NCBI GenBank assembly: GCA_002633005.1
Contig: NMRA01000591.1
Location: 191,570-255,569, forward strand
Source of the DNA: Phoronis australis
Taxonomy: Eukaryota; Animalia; Phoronida
Direction: 5' to 3'
DNA: 64,000 nt
Below, in pieces: positions 39,870 to 53,829 of this stretch. Below the pieces are notes generated by a model. The model was not told the DNA's origin. It searched no databases and saw only the letters and a list, made by a program, of their open reading frames with translations. Within the stretch, counting starts at the first letter, position 1; every line of letters begins with the position of its first letter. Made by a program: the position numbers and the translations under genes.

Positions 39870-41720
39870 GCACGCTCCAACGCTAGGCCCCGAAGTTGAT
39901 CAGGCCCCGGTTTGACGGGGATTCTGCCACTGTTTGGTCTTCAGTAACCACAACCATGACGATGCTGATTCCGATGCAGCTACCACCGACTTCATCATAG
40001 ACGTCTTTGAATTGGTTGGAGTTCCCAGCATCCTAGACATTCTCCACATGCTTGATGCCACAAAACCCTTTGCTCCTGCTTCAACCTCCATCCATTTCTC
40101 AAACACTCATGGCTCAGCTCGTTGTATTTCAAAGCGTCCCTCTCCTGGGCATCCTGTATCCTGGTTTACCAGGGCACAGTTAATTCCACCAAGACTACCA
40201 CCTTTGCATTGTCTGACCATAAAACAATGTCAAGTCTTGAAGACGTAGAAGCAGCATGGGTAGGGAGTCTACTTTGTTTCTTCGGGTCTGCCTCCATGCA
40301 CCAATCATTTGCCACCTGAGATAAAATCCCTCCTGCGTTACTGATACCCCTCTTGCAGCCAGCCACCGTAAAATCGATAATCATCTTCATTACTTTCCGC
40401 TTGGTTCTTATCTCCAGGTCTAATGTGTGCACATTTTACGTAAGCACCTTGTTGTCTGCTTGCTTATACCCGAAGTTTTGATAAGCTGACAAATCTGTCT
40501 CAGGATACTCGGATTGTGAAAACTTCCATTGCTTTTGACACCTTACAGTCTTCAACGAGAAATATTAGTGGAAGGGATATAGTTGCCGTCCTACTATATA
40601 ATCCCCCTCACGTGAAGCTCGCCGGTACCCTCAACAATTTCCTGATAAGCTGGTTAGCCTCCCGCTCCATCGATTCCACTGTCGAGATCGGAATGCCGTA
40701 AATCGATATTGGTCAATGGATCTTGAGCAATAAACCGAACCCATAACACCACAGCTTGAACTTTCCTGGCAAAGTACACCCATTGATCTTCTTCAGACGG
40801 CCTGAACAGGCCTACTGTGGCCCTTGCGTTTGCGATGTCGCTTATACTGCTGTCCTATACATTGCCCAGACATTCACCTACTTCTCGCCCAATGATGGAA
40901 CCTCCTCGCATCTTGAAATTCATCCTGCCCCAAACAATTAGCTCTTCTAGTTTCTTCAACACCCAACTTGCTCCTACCGCTGTTGATGTGGTAACTGTTA
41001 GCTCATCAACGAATGCACGACACAGGGAAGACGTCTGCCTTTTCCCCTGCACTCTTTGCTTGCTCGACGAATAATGAGGTTCATCCCAAAAACAAACAAC
41101 GTGACTGAAATGGTGCACCCGGTCAAGATCATTTTGCCAAAGGCTTGAAATCTCTGTGAGCTCCTTCGTGGAAAATCGCATCTGTATACTGTTGAAATAG
41201 TTTTTGATGACCCTTTAAACTCTTCCTAGAAAATGATAAGTCGCCATAGCCTTCCTAATCATCGAATGTGGCTGGGAACCATAAGCATTCTCTTAATCTA
41301 ACCACACAACTGCCAAGTCCGACTTGTTTTCCTTTGCATTGCCGATATGTTCAATTAGAACATCATGATTCAGGCAATTCGACTGTCCTGGTACACTACC
41401 TTTCTGCACTGTGGGGTCGATACTTCCATTCCGCAGGGCGTACTTGACAATTGGTGATGCAATCACCACAACGAAATGTTTGCATTCCCTGTAGTCTTTT
41501 ATTCTCTTTGCATCTTGATTACAATTTCCAAAAAGTTTAAAGAAAAAAAACATGTCTAGGTTCACAGAATGCCTTCTTGACTTTAAATTCATGCACGTAA
41601 GCGATGCAAAAAGGATTACGGAGATTGCACATCTCCTATAATCCTTGGTCATTCTAGGTTTGCGTAAGAGCCCACAACTGTCGGCGTCGAATGCCAACTC
41701 CCGCACGTGACCCATGTATT
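39870..41720 (-). mobile_element. Degenerate REL-type non-LTR retrotransposon (HERO/NeSL/R2 group)
   Basis: VQKGSVPGQSNCLNH, LAVVWLD followed by NAYGS in another frame; restriction-like endonuclease RLDIVLWSDNAKVVVLVELTVPW; EAGAKGFV; SWLW. Confidence 0.8.
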
Positions 41721-42159
41721 CACGTGTTAGAGCCTGCTACCCCGTTATTTCAAGTAACTATCTACGACAGTTTTCACTGTGAACTTCCTGTTGTCAGTTC
41801 CACTGAGTTTTGATCGAGTGTTGTAGTTAGTTATCAGATCAAGCCTAAATTTATTGCTTCGTTTTTATTTTATCCTTCTTGCACGATCAATTATTATACA
41901 AACTCTAACGTAATTTAGATGTTGAGCAAAAATTTGCAGCCACTTTCGAGGTTTTTCAAGACAGTTTTGGCTGATATAACCATCTGTCAGCGTTTTACGG
42001 AAATAAATTACACTTGGTTTCTAGGTGTTCGTTTGGCAATTACAAATGAAAAGTACGCTAATACTGTACGTGTCTTTACGTAACTTCTGTCAAACCCCTG
42101 GTTTATTTACATGTATTTGTTCAGTTAACTACATACTTGACTTTGCCTATAAATAAATG

Positions 42160-42292
42160 GGGTGGGGGGAGGGGGGGGGGCTACAGCCCTCCAGCCCTCT
42201 ATGGTGCGTCGCCTATGAGACCATGGGTGGCGCAGCACTGAAATAAGTGGGGGGGCTATAGCCCTCCAGACCCACATGGCGCGACGCCCATG
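42160..42292. repeat. Two short GC-rich MITE-like units
   Basis: GGGGGCTA.AGCCCTCCAG...ATGG.GCG.CGCC.ATG occurs twice; the second unit has CATGGG...CCCATG ends. Confidence 0.55.
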
Positions 42293-43308
42293 TTTATGCA
42301 TGCATAATACTGCCCTGTGCTGTTTATAAAATGATTCATTTGGGAAAAGTTTACCTGTTGCCCACTAAATAATAATAATTCCATTTCTGAGCAGTGACGC
42401 CTTCTGTAATATTTTCCTGTACTCAAGAAATAAGATTAAAAATTGAACAGATAAGTTATTAAATGAATTCTATACTTTGTTTACCGAAAGCCTACTTGCA
42501 AACTGTCTCGCTTTTCCAACATTTCCCGCCATCACACACCTGTCTCGCCTTTTGGCACTGGGCGAAACTGATGCATTATCCTACATGTATGTCATAGTGA
42601 TTACGTTGGCGATGTGTCCCTATTTTACTGTTGGACTAAAAAACAAAAAAACGCTGTTTAGCGATTTTGTGTATTACGGCACCGGTTGTCTACCGTTGCA
42701 CACGAAAACGTTGTCTGGACAATTTGTGTGTTGCGGCGAGAATTTCAAAACTTGCGTTTTGGCAAAGACCCAGACGTCCCGCTTTATATTCGCATGTAAC
42801 GCATTTCAATCGAGGTTTTCCTTTTTCATTCTCAAATGTCGATAACAATGCCCCGGGTGTTCCAAACTGTTTCTCTGCTATGAAAATTGTGTTCTGATAT
42901 TTGTAGTTTACGGTGGCACATATACAAGTAACAAGAATGTTTACTTCGTAAAGTAATCAGCTTATTCCTAAATTTCTGGGAGGAGTCCTAAACTACAAGC
43001 AATGTAATTATCTATACACAGTACATTTCAAAGCTACGCACTAGATGCAAATTTATGTTTTATCTACATGTACATGCACCAGAAAAGCCTTTTTTGTAAA
43101 TTTCACCCACGCATAGAGTAATTAGTTGAGAATGTTTTTTCAGTTTAGTGACTTACATCATAGACTATAGTACATGGACCGCCAACTCCGTATACTTTCA
43201 ATGGACGAAATCTGTGACCTTACGCACAAGCCCTTACGTCATTATTCACTGGCGACATCTGGCTAAATTATCTGGTGCAATTTCCGGCAAGTACGTCGTC
43301 TGCTAATC

Positions 43309-43500
43309 ATGGTCGGCTACTGTGTGGCCGGTTGTTCGGCCACACACGCGAAATGCAAAGGAATTAGCCTCCATACCATTTGAAGACCCCATAATCGGCT
43401 GTGGGAAGAAAACCTTACTTCTTGTGTCAACGTGAATGGCAGTTGTTTCAGCAATAAGACTTTATACATTTGTCCAAGGCACTTGATGAAGGTTTTTAAG
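43309..43500 (+). pseudogene. THAP-domain remnant (transposon-derived)
   Basis: MVGYCVAGCSATHAKCKGISLH, then a stop/frameshift, a Trp, and ICPRH, resembling the C2CH THAP signature. Confidence 0.45.
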
Positions 43501-46500
43501 AGACTACTACTAAGTTAGTCTTAATCCTGTCTTCACAAATCCATTTTTTGTTTTCTCCGTTTTGATAAAAACTATCTGGTAAACGTTTTGACGAAAATTA
43601 TGCGCTAAATTTCTTCCAATGGTAGTGACTCGTAAACTCCTGTCCTTACGAGGAAGTTCAGCTATAGCCTATTGTGCGAATTAATCAAATTACTCTTCGC
43701 TGGCCCTGATCAGACGGTTGGTCTCAGCAGAATGCGCACATTTGGCCAGGATTTGGATCAGCGATTTCAACACATTCATATTCGTGTACAAATAAATAGA
43801 ACGCTGGTAAAACCTTTAAGATCAATAAAGATTACATTAATACATCATAAATAAGCACCCGGACCAGTCAAAATCTGTCTCGCAATTCAACAGCAGGTTA
43901 CACACTCATTTCATGTCTAATATATGCCGCACAAAATCTCTCCGACTGCCGTCTATGAAAATGCAACCAACTTCTTTGAAAACATGGAACAGGAACACCA
44001 GCGGGGTGTAAAGGTTGTTTTTATTCTTCAATGTTAAATTTTTTGTAATCGGACATATGGTTTTTTAAATTTCCGCCTCAAGTCCTAACATTTCTAAATT
44101 TAAGCCTTTCAAACGAACGTTTAAGACAAAAACAAAATTCTTCAACCAGTTTTGTAAAGTCCTATGCCACCTGTAGGGTACATAATGAGCCAATCCCACT
44201 CCTAATGTAACAAAAGGGTCCCCGTGCATAAAGGATACTAAGTATTGCCCTTCTGAACTATTACCGTATGCGCTCTAATAAGCGGCCAGGGTGCTTAGAA
44301 AAATCCGCTTCATGAAGGGGGCGCTTATTATAGCCCAAAAGTGGTTGTAACGCGGTCTCCGAAACAGGTGAAGTCGTAAGCTAGAATTCATCAAAGTTAC
44401 GCTCTGTGACGCATCTGTAACCCATGAACAGAGTTTGTACAAAACTGCAGTGCATTGCTATCAAACTTTGTTGTCAACTTACGAGCATTTTTCAGAAAAT
44501 ACCACTGCCAAAATTGCCGTGAATCAGGTTTCAAGCTCCTCAGCTTGGTTTAACTATATATTAATAAACCATAAAAATGGTTCCAAGTGATCAGTGCAAT
44601 GCCTGCGCACGTCTAATAAATGTGTATCATGCAGCTCCTGATTTAAACAAAGGTCTGTTTTTTAATTTTGGTCCGGTATAAATAACGCCACAGACCTGGA
44701 AATCCAGCGAAACACTTCTACCTTACAAATCTGACAATCCCTAGTCTCAGAAAATTTGAGCACCCGGCAAAAGATACTAATGATGAAATTCTGGTGATGA
44801 TAATCACCCACTTTGTTTATTTACTTCACCTCAATTTGAAATACTTGGTAAAATGAAGCCCATTCGAGTAAGCATCATGTGGGTCCCAATGCCAACCCAA
44901 TATATGATAGAACCCAACAAGCTCAAGTTGCAGTCAAATCAGGATGGGCATAAATAAGGAAATTTACTGTATCAACAGATTGGCCAAATAAGAATAAGAT
45001 ACAAAGTGTTGCTACAGTGCACACGTGCACGATACTTGGTCTATTATTTTCCCGCCGTAAATGCATGAACCAATCAGATCACCAATGGCGCAAAGTTTTC
45101 GAAAACAGCTCGATTTTTAGGGAGTCCTGTTTTACTGTTCTATTTATTTTCAAAATTTTATTGTGTTACATTTAGTTTATTTTCTGTTCAACTCAATGAA
45201 GCCACCTAATATGAATGCATTCAACACAATTAATGCATTGTAAAAACCAAAAGTTATGCTCTATCAACGTTAGACAAAATCAGTACACCCCTTTCTTAAA
45301 AAATGGAATAAAAGTTAGAAACAAAGGACACACGTTTCCATCACTTGTAACGTCGATTTTCGACATTGATGTTGGGGAGGAACAACAGTTATCACACGAA
45401 GGCGATGATTTTCAAAATTTGATTCGTTTTCGTAGCCATGTCTTTTTTCCCTATGGTTCAGGGCTACATTCTGAATCTAGGAACAAGAACTGAAAAAGGC
45501 AGGGTTCGTGATAACGTTGGAGAACGGTAACATTTATATAAGGTGATACAACTGTCATCTGTTTTCATCCAACCTTCCCAGATGAAAACTTGAATGAAGA
45601 GGACCTTCAGTACTTGAGTGAGCATGGTATACTGTGTGATTTATGTTGAGTTCTTTTAAGAACCGTACGCTATAGCTACAACCAACGGCCCTTTTAAGGG
45701 CCACTCAACACTTCCCAGAAGAACTGCTCACTTGATAATGTTGATTTATAAACATGCTTTCGTAGTTTTCTCAGTAGGCCTATGTGAACCATAAATCAAA
45801 GACTGTCCGATAACTATGCTGCTATTGGGCAAGCAGACGACATAATGGGTCGGCACCGAAGTTTGAATTTTGTAGTTAATTACCAGTAGCATTGCCAAAA
45901 GTACTCACAATACCAACACTTCTACTATTGAAAGACTTTGAAAAGCGTTTCAATGCCGAAATTAATATAAATTAATATTTATTTCGTTGTTTTGGACAGT
46001 AAAGTAGATGCAAGTATTTCTCGTCAAAATGCATTGACCGGAAACTGCAGCAGATAGGTCAGGAGAGTTCAACTCAGCACGTAAGGATATGCCGGAGTTG
46101 CGAATCTGTTGTCTATAATCTATGCTTACATGTATTGATAAGAGAACGTAACAATGACAAAGCATTTTTAGTTATTCACTCACCCACGCAAACTTGCGTT
46201 CAACCGGGGAGACCCATAAAAACGAAAATTACATAAATAATGACGGGGTATTTGATGTACACAAATCTGACGGAAAACAAGCGTTTCAAAAGTAGAGTAG
46301 GGAAGGTTCAAACTGTCGAATATTGCAAATCGAAACCTTGAAGGCACCCGCATAAAATCTAAGATTTCGGACACCATCGATATTTGCCGTCTTTCTCAGA
46401 TTTTTCTAATTTCGGTCGGACAGTAATTCCTATTTCTAAAATTTCGGAAAGGTTCAAAATAAATATTTCTTCGCTGTCGTAAATCTCTTAGTACTTTCCT

Positions 46501-47232
46501 TTTGAAATTTTCGAAACAAGGTCTGGAGTTATTTAGCTTTTGTTTGTAAATGTAAAATTTTCTTAGACGCAAAACAAGATTCAAAATTATAGGTGTACTG
46601 AATTTACACTAGGTCAATACAAACAAGATTTAAAGATATATCACACAAATCGTTCAACCACGAGAAGATGCAAAGTTTTCATTCCAGAAAGGATGTGCCG
46701 AATTTTTGGACTCTGCCAAGCAAAATATCCACCAATCAGAATCCGAAATTGTTAATTTTCGAAAACGTTGCAATGCGTCAATCTAGATGACTTTAAGTCA
46801 CGCCTACTAGTTAGGTATTATTACTAGAAACAAAATGGTTCCCGAATCACCGAATCGCAAGCCGATGATCCTCCGTGTGACAATAGTTGGGGCCATTAGA
46901 TGGCAAAATACTCCAAAACCATAGATGGAATTTATTTTCGGGGACAATAGCTCTAAATTTACTTCGTTTATGCTACACAAAAATTCAACCCTATAAGCCC
47001 AGTTCATTTGTATTCCATATTAGTCGGTCTGAAAAATGAATGCAAATGGGTCCCACGCAAGCGCGGCGCAACCTCAGCAGCGCGTGATAGAAGTTGGCAT
47101 TCCATTCATACAGTTCCGTGGTAACAAAAAAGGTAAGAGGGTGCATTATAAGCAAAACAATCTAACGGAATAAATTGACTTTAGTTGTCGGTCAATGTCC
47201 GTTATTGTAATCCGATGATCATACATCTGCAG

Positions 47233-47376
47233 TTCTTCTGGCTATCATCCCGGTCGTGGCGGGCCGATGTCAAGACACGCTTTGCCGAGTTTGTGCTACG
47301 AACGTTCGTGTGTGCGACCTCTGTCGGCGAGGACATGCCACGAGCACTTTTAGTTCTTCGTGTGAGAGAACTCTCA
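47233..47376 (+). CDS. Putative exon: end of signal peptide plus 6-Cys furin-like repeat
   Basis: catctgcAG ... A|GTAAGT, phase 1-1, open frame absent from the ORF track: (V)LLAIIPVVAGRCQDTLCRVCATNVRVCDLCRRGHATSTFSSSCERTL. Candidate upstream ATG exon 47036-47132 (donor AAG|GTAAGA) is in frame. Confidence 0.65.
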
Positions 47377-47741
47377 GTAAGTTAACACATTTAATTAACG
47401 CAGTTTATTGGCAACAAATCCATTAGCAGAGACAATCCTGTCAACGATTTACATGTCCACATCCTGGTTTTCAGAACAAAATACCTTAAATAAGTACAAT
47501 GGCTTTAATCGCGAAACTCCTTTTTATATAACAAAATTACCTCAAATTAGCTGAGAGACGATTATGAAAACATGCACTAGTTGATCAACACATGAAAGTT
47601 GAGCCAAACAATTCCCTACCATTTTTTTCTACCATCAAGATAGCGCCAGCGATTTTTTAAAAACCGTTCAATTTCGGATAAGTTGACCAGCACAATCAAA
47701 CGGATATTTCACTTCTTCACTTACTAATGTTTTGAGGGTGG

Positions 47742-47911
47742 CAGTGGCGGACTTAGGGCGTGTTGGGGGGAAGGGCAAGGGGGCCGTGGTCCACCCTAAA
47801 ATTCTCCCACATTCTATTTGGCGTTTGAGGGGTGCGAATGTCTGAACGGAAAAATCCTGGCTAAAACTCTGCCCTGACCCCCATAACTCTAAGAAAATGG
47901 ATCCGCCTGTG
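47742..47911 (+). mobile_element. GC-rich MITE (hAT-like)
   Basis: CAGTGGCGGA...TCCGCCTGTG termini; inverted copy at 28623-28781. Confidence 0.7.
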
Positions 47912-48058
47912 GATAGGATTCATTTTAGGCACAGTATGGAGGAATTTAATACGTTGATACGTAGATTTGTGTATGCAACGTTTGTACCGGAGCAGGCAAA
48001 ATTACTTGGGAATTTGCAATTTTTTCATATTAATTTAAAGGTCTGTCTCTAAAATATT

Positions 48059-50009
48059 CGGCTAAATCACAATCAAGGTCCACATTCGAGACTTGACGGT
48101 GTTACGGTCTAAAATAGTATTTTTGGCCACTTTACAAATGCCAACTGATTCTCATTATGCAAAGAGTTATTTAGTTGTGCAAATTAAAAAAAAAGAATCA
48201 TCAAAATCGGACAATGTTTGAGAAATTTATGCATGTTTTTGTCTATGAATTTCATGCATTTTTAGCGTTACGAATGGCCATTTTAAAAATAACAATTTTC
48301 AACTGTCAAGAGTAGAAAAGAAATTTATTTTATCAAGCAAGCAATTGTTTAGATGTGACTGGGAATAACTTGAATCACTTTCAGAGTCAATTACATGTAG
48401 ATGAAGTTGTGCTTAATCATTGAGAAATGGTAGGGTTCATCATAAAACAGGCACTCGTTACGAAATTTGTAAATTCTGTGTTTCTCACCCTCACCTACTG
48501 TAAAGAAGGTTAAAAACTAAAGTTCACACTCTGTAACAAAAAGAACTGCAAATTATGTCAGCCTAGGCATCACAGGAATTTATTCAATATCTAAACAAAC
48601 CAAAAGTTTGGATATTGAATCAGTTCTTCTATGATGAAAATAGGCCAAAAAGGCTAACAAAATGTAGAGTACGTACCGCCATGTGGAATTCAGTAACACA
48701 TATGGTCATTGCAAATGAACTTATTGCCTTTTAAATAACAACATGGTGCTTATTATCACCAAAGAAAAATAAATGGCCATACAACACTTTGTTACCATGT
48801 GATGCAGAAACGGTGATGTAGTGTACAATGTACGTACCCCCTTTTGTAGTGTACGTACCCCCATGTTTACAAATGCCATAACATTAAAATATCACTTGGT
48901 AAGTGAGCAACATTGGTCATAAACATTTTCCTTCCTTAAAATGTTAGGTTAAAAGAGTGTTTATTGCGAATCCATTTGTTTTGAGGTAAATACATGTATT
49001 AGCATTTGTGTAATGAACGTACTCCCATATTTTAATTTGAGCCAATTTTTAAAGTATGGCAGATATGCATATGAATGCTGTGCTTCGTATTTTTTCTCTT
49101 TGAATTGATTTAGTAAATCAACTAACTCTCAGAAGATTCGTAGTATTAAGTTACAAACCTGACATGTCATTGAAATGTAGTGTACGTACCCCTGTGTAGT
49201 GTACGTACCCCATGTGAATAAAAACCATGAAACTAAAATATTGCACGGTAAGTAAGCAACACTTGTCACAGACAGCTTCCTCCATTAAAAATGCTAGGTT
49301 AAAAGGGTGTTAACTACATATACATTTGTTTTAGGCGAAATATTAGCATTTGTGTAGAGTACGTAGCCCTATATTTTAACATGTGCTTGTTTTCAAAGAA
49401 TGACAGGCAGATGTGCACATGACTGCATGGTGAACTTTTTATTGTCCGCTTTGAATATTGGTAAATGAACCAACTCTCAGTAGATTTTGATTATTTTTAT
49501 AAACCTGAAAAGTCATTGAAATGTAGTGTACGTACCCCTGTGTAGTGTACGTACCTCCTGCCTCTGTGCTATAAAGTATTGCCCACAAGAATTTTTAGAT
49601 ACTGCTGTTCTCATGAACAATACTGATATTTCCAAAATGAATACATTCTGACAAAAAAACAAAAAACAATGGACATTATCAAATTTGTGGACAATAAAAT
49701 GCCACACATGAGTTGGCTAGTACTGAAAATCCTAGAAGACACGTTATGTGACAATTGATGTTGCAGAGGCAGGTTCTCTATCTCTCAAGGCAACTTCTAC
49801 TTGCAACAAACCAACAATTAGAGGCAGCACAAAACTAGAGACCATCCCATACACGTACACTAGTAACTTGTGCAAAAATATTTTAGATTACAAACCTGGA
49901 ATGATGGTACTTTGAAATAAATCAGCTTTTACAGTAATATGACAACCTTCAATTTTCACCAAAAGTGGCCACCGAATATAGAATATAGACCTTGATTGTG
50001 ATTTGGCCG
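48059..50009. mobile_element. Non-autonomous DNA transposon with about 29-bp TIRs and internal about 350-bp tandem repeats
   Basis: CGGCTAAATCACAATCAAGGTCCACATTC versus reverse complement CGGCCAAATCACAATCAAGGTCTATATTC. Repeated TGTAGTGTACGTACCC motifs near 48817, 49176 and 49522. Confidence 0.8.
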
Positions 50010-52560
50010 ATTACGTTCAGTCTCAAGAACACAATGGTCATCCAGAAAAAGTTTAAAATTGATACTTTTATCAAGAACATTGACCTTAATGCCCTAATGG
50101 TTTGACAAAACGTCTATGTTTCGTCCAAGGCGACACCTAACATGTAATACTGCTTTTTGTGGGATACTAAGAATTTCAACCCTGCACACGGAAAATAATC
50201 TACATGAATCAAAGACTACATCTACGGTGCAATAATTATTGAGCAAAACAGTTTCAACAGCATGTTAATTTATGACGTCATACAAGGAAGTAGTATTGTT
50301 TGTTGCGGCAATTTTGTATGCAAACAGCTAAGTGTTTGAAGAACTGTAACAAATATGATAAAAGGAAAACAAGTGTGAACCAGCCAGAAAGAACAAAAAG
50401 TAAAGTACACCTGTCGACCTTGCCCAATAGTGTTTTCAAGCAACGGATTTCTAAGAAAATTAGAATTATCTACTTTCACAGCAATCTCGAAGGACACCTG
50501 GATTAAGACAAGATTTTGTTGCCCAATATGGCGCATTGAAGTTAAAACTGTTCAGTGGGTGTACAGTGTTATGAAACTGATAAACGTGACTGAGTTTCTT
50601 TAAAATCCACGCGTTTAACCTTTCGCAGACTTCTTTTCATAAAAAGACGTAGAAAAAAAGAAATGTGTAGAGCTTCTTGCATTTGTGTATTTACCGTCGA
50701 CTTTGTTTGTGGCTGACTTCTAAGCACCCGGTACTGCACAGTGGTTCATTTGGGCCACATAATTGGCACGGAAAAAGCTTTGACTTATACATAGAATTAT
50801 ACAATCCTGGCCGGATTCACACCTTTACCGGTGGTCCTGTAAATACCTACCTTCAAACATGGTACGGGTTTAGGTTCAGTGTTGGCCTACTGCTTTAAAC
50901 CATGAGAACCGACAATGTCGAGTTACAGTTGTTATGGGCAAATGTCACGTGACAGTTACTTCCAGGTTTATTGTAAACATCGCATGTCGATGCTTGATTT
51001 GATGACAGCTGAATTTTTGATCAGGAATACAATCAGTAGCATGTAATTAATAGTGATCAAACACTATTGGCAATTTCAGGATGTGTAATCCCATTGATGC
51101 TATTAAGGCGTTTAGAGGTCATTCTTTTTCTGTCATCAGATTCGATTTATTACTCTAATCAGTTATCGTTATACTCTTCATTATGGGCGTTAAATGGGTG
51201 ACTTAACACATTTTATCTGTAAAACAGATATATTTATTTGCTTTGTATTGCCTTCTTTCCATTTTGTGACGTCAGCTCAAAGCGTCTCGATCTACTTCAG
51301 TAGTTTGTGCAGGACACTTGTACGAACCATCTTTTAGTAGAGAAGATTTTCCATGGCTGGAATTTACCAATAATTCGTGTTCAAGTGTACATGTATAATA
51401 ACACGTTTTTAAAGACAATCTTTCACAAATGTTCGCCTGTTAGCTGCAAACCTCTCTACGGTTCATGCAGTACATTATCGTGTTGTCTTTTATCTCATTT
51501 CCAAAAAGCTACCGGCAGACATTTTTGGAGAACCAACTGTTAAAGAAATTCATAAATCGAATTTAAAAAACTCCCCTTAATCCAAAAGCTCTTTCCACCC
51601 TCTAGATTACATGCATTTAGGTTGAGTATCGAGACGTTTGCTAATTTACTCTTTGTATTCGGGCTCTGAAAATGGCGGGACTTCCGTTCCCGGGTAGAAC
51701 GGAGCAGAGGCCAATTTTGACTTCTTTTACTTAAAACACTTCGAGGAATTATTGATTACTATGCGTGGTAATCTCTTCCCATTAAATCCACAAAATTGTC
51801 TTAATCCATTTTTTTCATATTTGGGAAGCTACAAAGGCTGAAACCGTGAATTTAGACTTATACTTAAGTGAAGGGAATACATTCCCAAAGATCACTACAT
51901 TTCCCGCCTAATCAGATAGGCTTCACTTGTGTTTTCCCACCTACTGTGTATAATCGAAGCTATGACATCTTGTCGGGCATTCTAACCACGGACATATCGA
52001 CAGCACGTAGGAGACGCATCACGTCAGAAAACAGGCGATGCTAGGGGTTGGTGTAGTAGCTGAAGCCACTAACTAAAGAATGGTAGCCTACTATCAACAT
52101 CACTCGAGGGAAGAAATTGGTTGCAATAGAAGTGTGTCCATTAACGGAATTCATTCTAGGAAGCAATGTAGTCTTTCATCCATTAGGATTTATTTGTCTG
52201 GTGAATGTTCCATGCTGCGTCCACTTCAGCATTCAACTGTAATTTTACCACTTTCTTGAAATGCATGCTATCTTTACAGTATGTAGAAGAAAATGTAAAA
52301 ATAGACATATCGATCTAAACGGACTGAATGGTTCAAAACGGTCATACTGGGTACAATGGACACTATGGCGCGATTTGTGGCTAGGTTCTGTTCGCCCTGA
52401 TGCGTTACATGGGATGGGATGTGTAACACGTGATTGGTCAGAAATTTAAAATTCTCCCTCGTAAGATGGTAGACAAGACGTTTTACAAAAAGTCCACACC
52501 TGAACGCAGTACGCCGTTATTTCCATAACGTTACTCACATAAGTAAATATATATGGCGAA

Positions 52561-52682
52561 GTCGTTATCCCCCGTAATCAAGAGCCCGAGTGGATTTTGG
52601 AGAATTATCGCCCGAGTCACCTTAGCCCCGAGGGTGATAATTCTACAAAATCCACGAGGGCTCTAGATAAGGGGATAAGGAC
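52561..52682. repeat. Long imperfect palindrome (about 50-bp arms)
   Basis: TTATCCCC..ATC.AGAGCCC..GTGGATTTTG.AGAATTATC.CCC pairs with GGGTGATAATTCT.CAAAATCCAC..GGGCTCT.GAT..GGGGATAA. Confidence 0.85.
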
Positions 52683-53250
52683 TGAGAACATGTAAAAATC
52701 TTTTTATATCACATACTGAACGAGAAACATTGCAATGAATCAATTTACCTGTCTCGACTTGCCTCGGCTTTGTAACTACTTTCTATGTCATAGGCTCGGG
52801 GTCGGAGGTTGTGACCTTTTAAGAAAAGCCTAGCTATTTTTGTCCAATAATGCTTTTACTCAAAACCAATTAAAAAATAAAACAAAATAGAAATAAAGTG
52901 AATCTTTAAATTAAGGTTTTGCAACTATTATAGCTTACTACACATTTTATCACGCTAAGCTTCGACCGGGAAAATATCTTCTGCTAAAGTAGGTTACCAC
53001 TAGTAACTGACTATAATGCTCAAGTCAAAGGATCCCGACGACACGGTACCCGCATTTAAATTGGAGATCGGTGATTTACAAGTGAGAGAACACGAGAGAA
53101 ATTTTTCATTGAATTAAAACATCGTTTTTATGGAAGGTATGCGTCTTATTTTTCATAGCGTATAAATGTCGGTGCAGTGCCCTTTGCTGAACATGCAATT
53201 GTTGCGCGTGCTCATTTAGTAATCTATTTTCACGTTCGATGAAGTCAGTC

Positions 53251-53320
53251 GCTGAGTGGTGTAGTGGTAAAGTCGGCGACTAGAAACTCTTGAGGCCCGG
53301 CTTCGAATCCGGCCTCGGTT
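53251..53320 (+). repeat. tRNA-like pseudogene / SINE head
   Basis: A box TGGTGTAGTGGT; B box/T-loop TTCGAATCC with CCGG stem; weak acceptor stem GCTGAG/CTCGGT; CT-AGA-AA loop but poor anticodon stem. Confidence 0.55.
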
Positions 53321-53829
53321 TCCCGCCAAAATGTTATGTCACTAGTGAGATAAGTTTATGGGTTATTACACGGTTGTATCTCCCATTCGAGGCTAATATT
53401 GTGGTATAAATGGTTCTAACATCACGTACAGCGTGTATCAGTGATTGATGACACAGCTTTCTGTTAAACCCTTTCCTCTACTACATGTAGTTGCAGTCAC
53501 ACATACATCTGAATTTCTTACGTGTTTCAAAAGCAGTGATCTCATGCGATTCTTACCGAAATACTTGTACATGGCGCACCGCAAGGAGACTTGCGCGACA
53601 CCTGTGTTCAAATGCGGGCCAAGCAGACCTCGGTAAATGCTCTAATAACCATCCTTGTGTTAAATTCATTGTCGGAAATAGATATCGTGTGTGCTTAAAA
53701 CTTTCCAGTAGGTGACCGCAAGCTTCCTAGCCCTAAAACGTACCCATCTGAAGGACAAACACAACGCCAGAGGTCTAATGTCGAACTACCCGACGGATGC
53801 AGGTTGATGGAGCAGGCCAAGGTCATGGT

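Noticed and set aside
48661-49560. CRISPR-like spaced repeats
   Set aside because: Eukaryotic context, the intervening sequences are themselves homologous, and there are no cas genes.
51301-51395. Possible exon VCAGHLYEPSFSREDFPWLEFTNNS
   Set aside because: No good phase-compatible donor; unsupported without transcripts.
53251-53320. Functional tRNA-Ser(AGA) gene
   Set aside because: Anticodon stem is poorly paired, the acceptor stem is weak and there is no long variable arm; treated as a tRNA-derived repeat.
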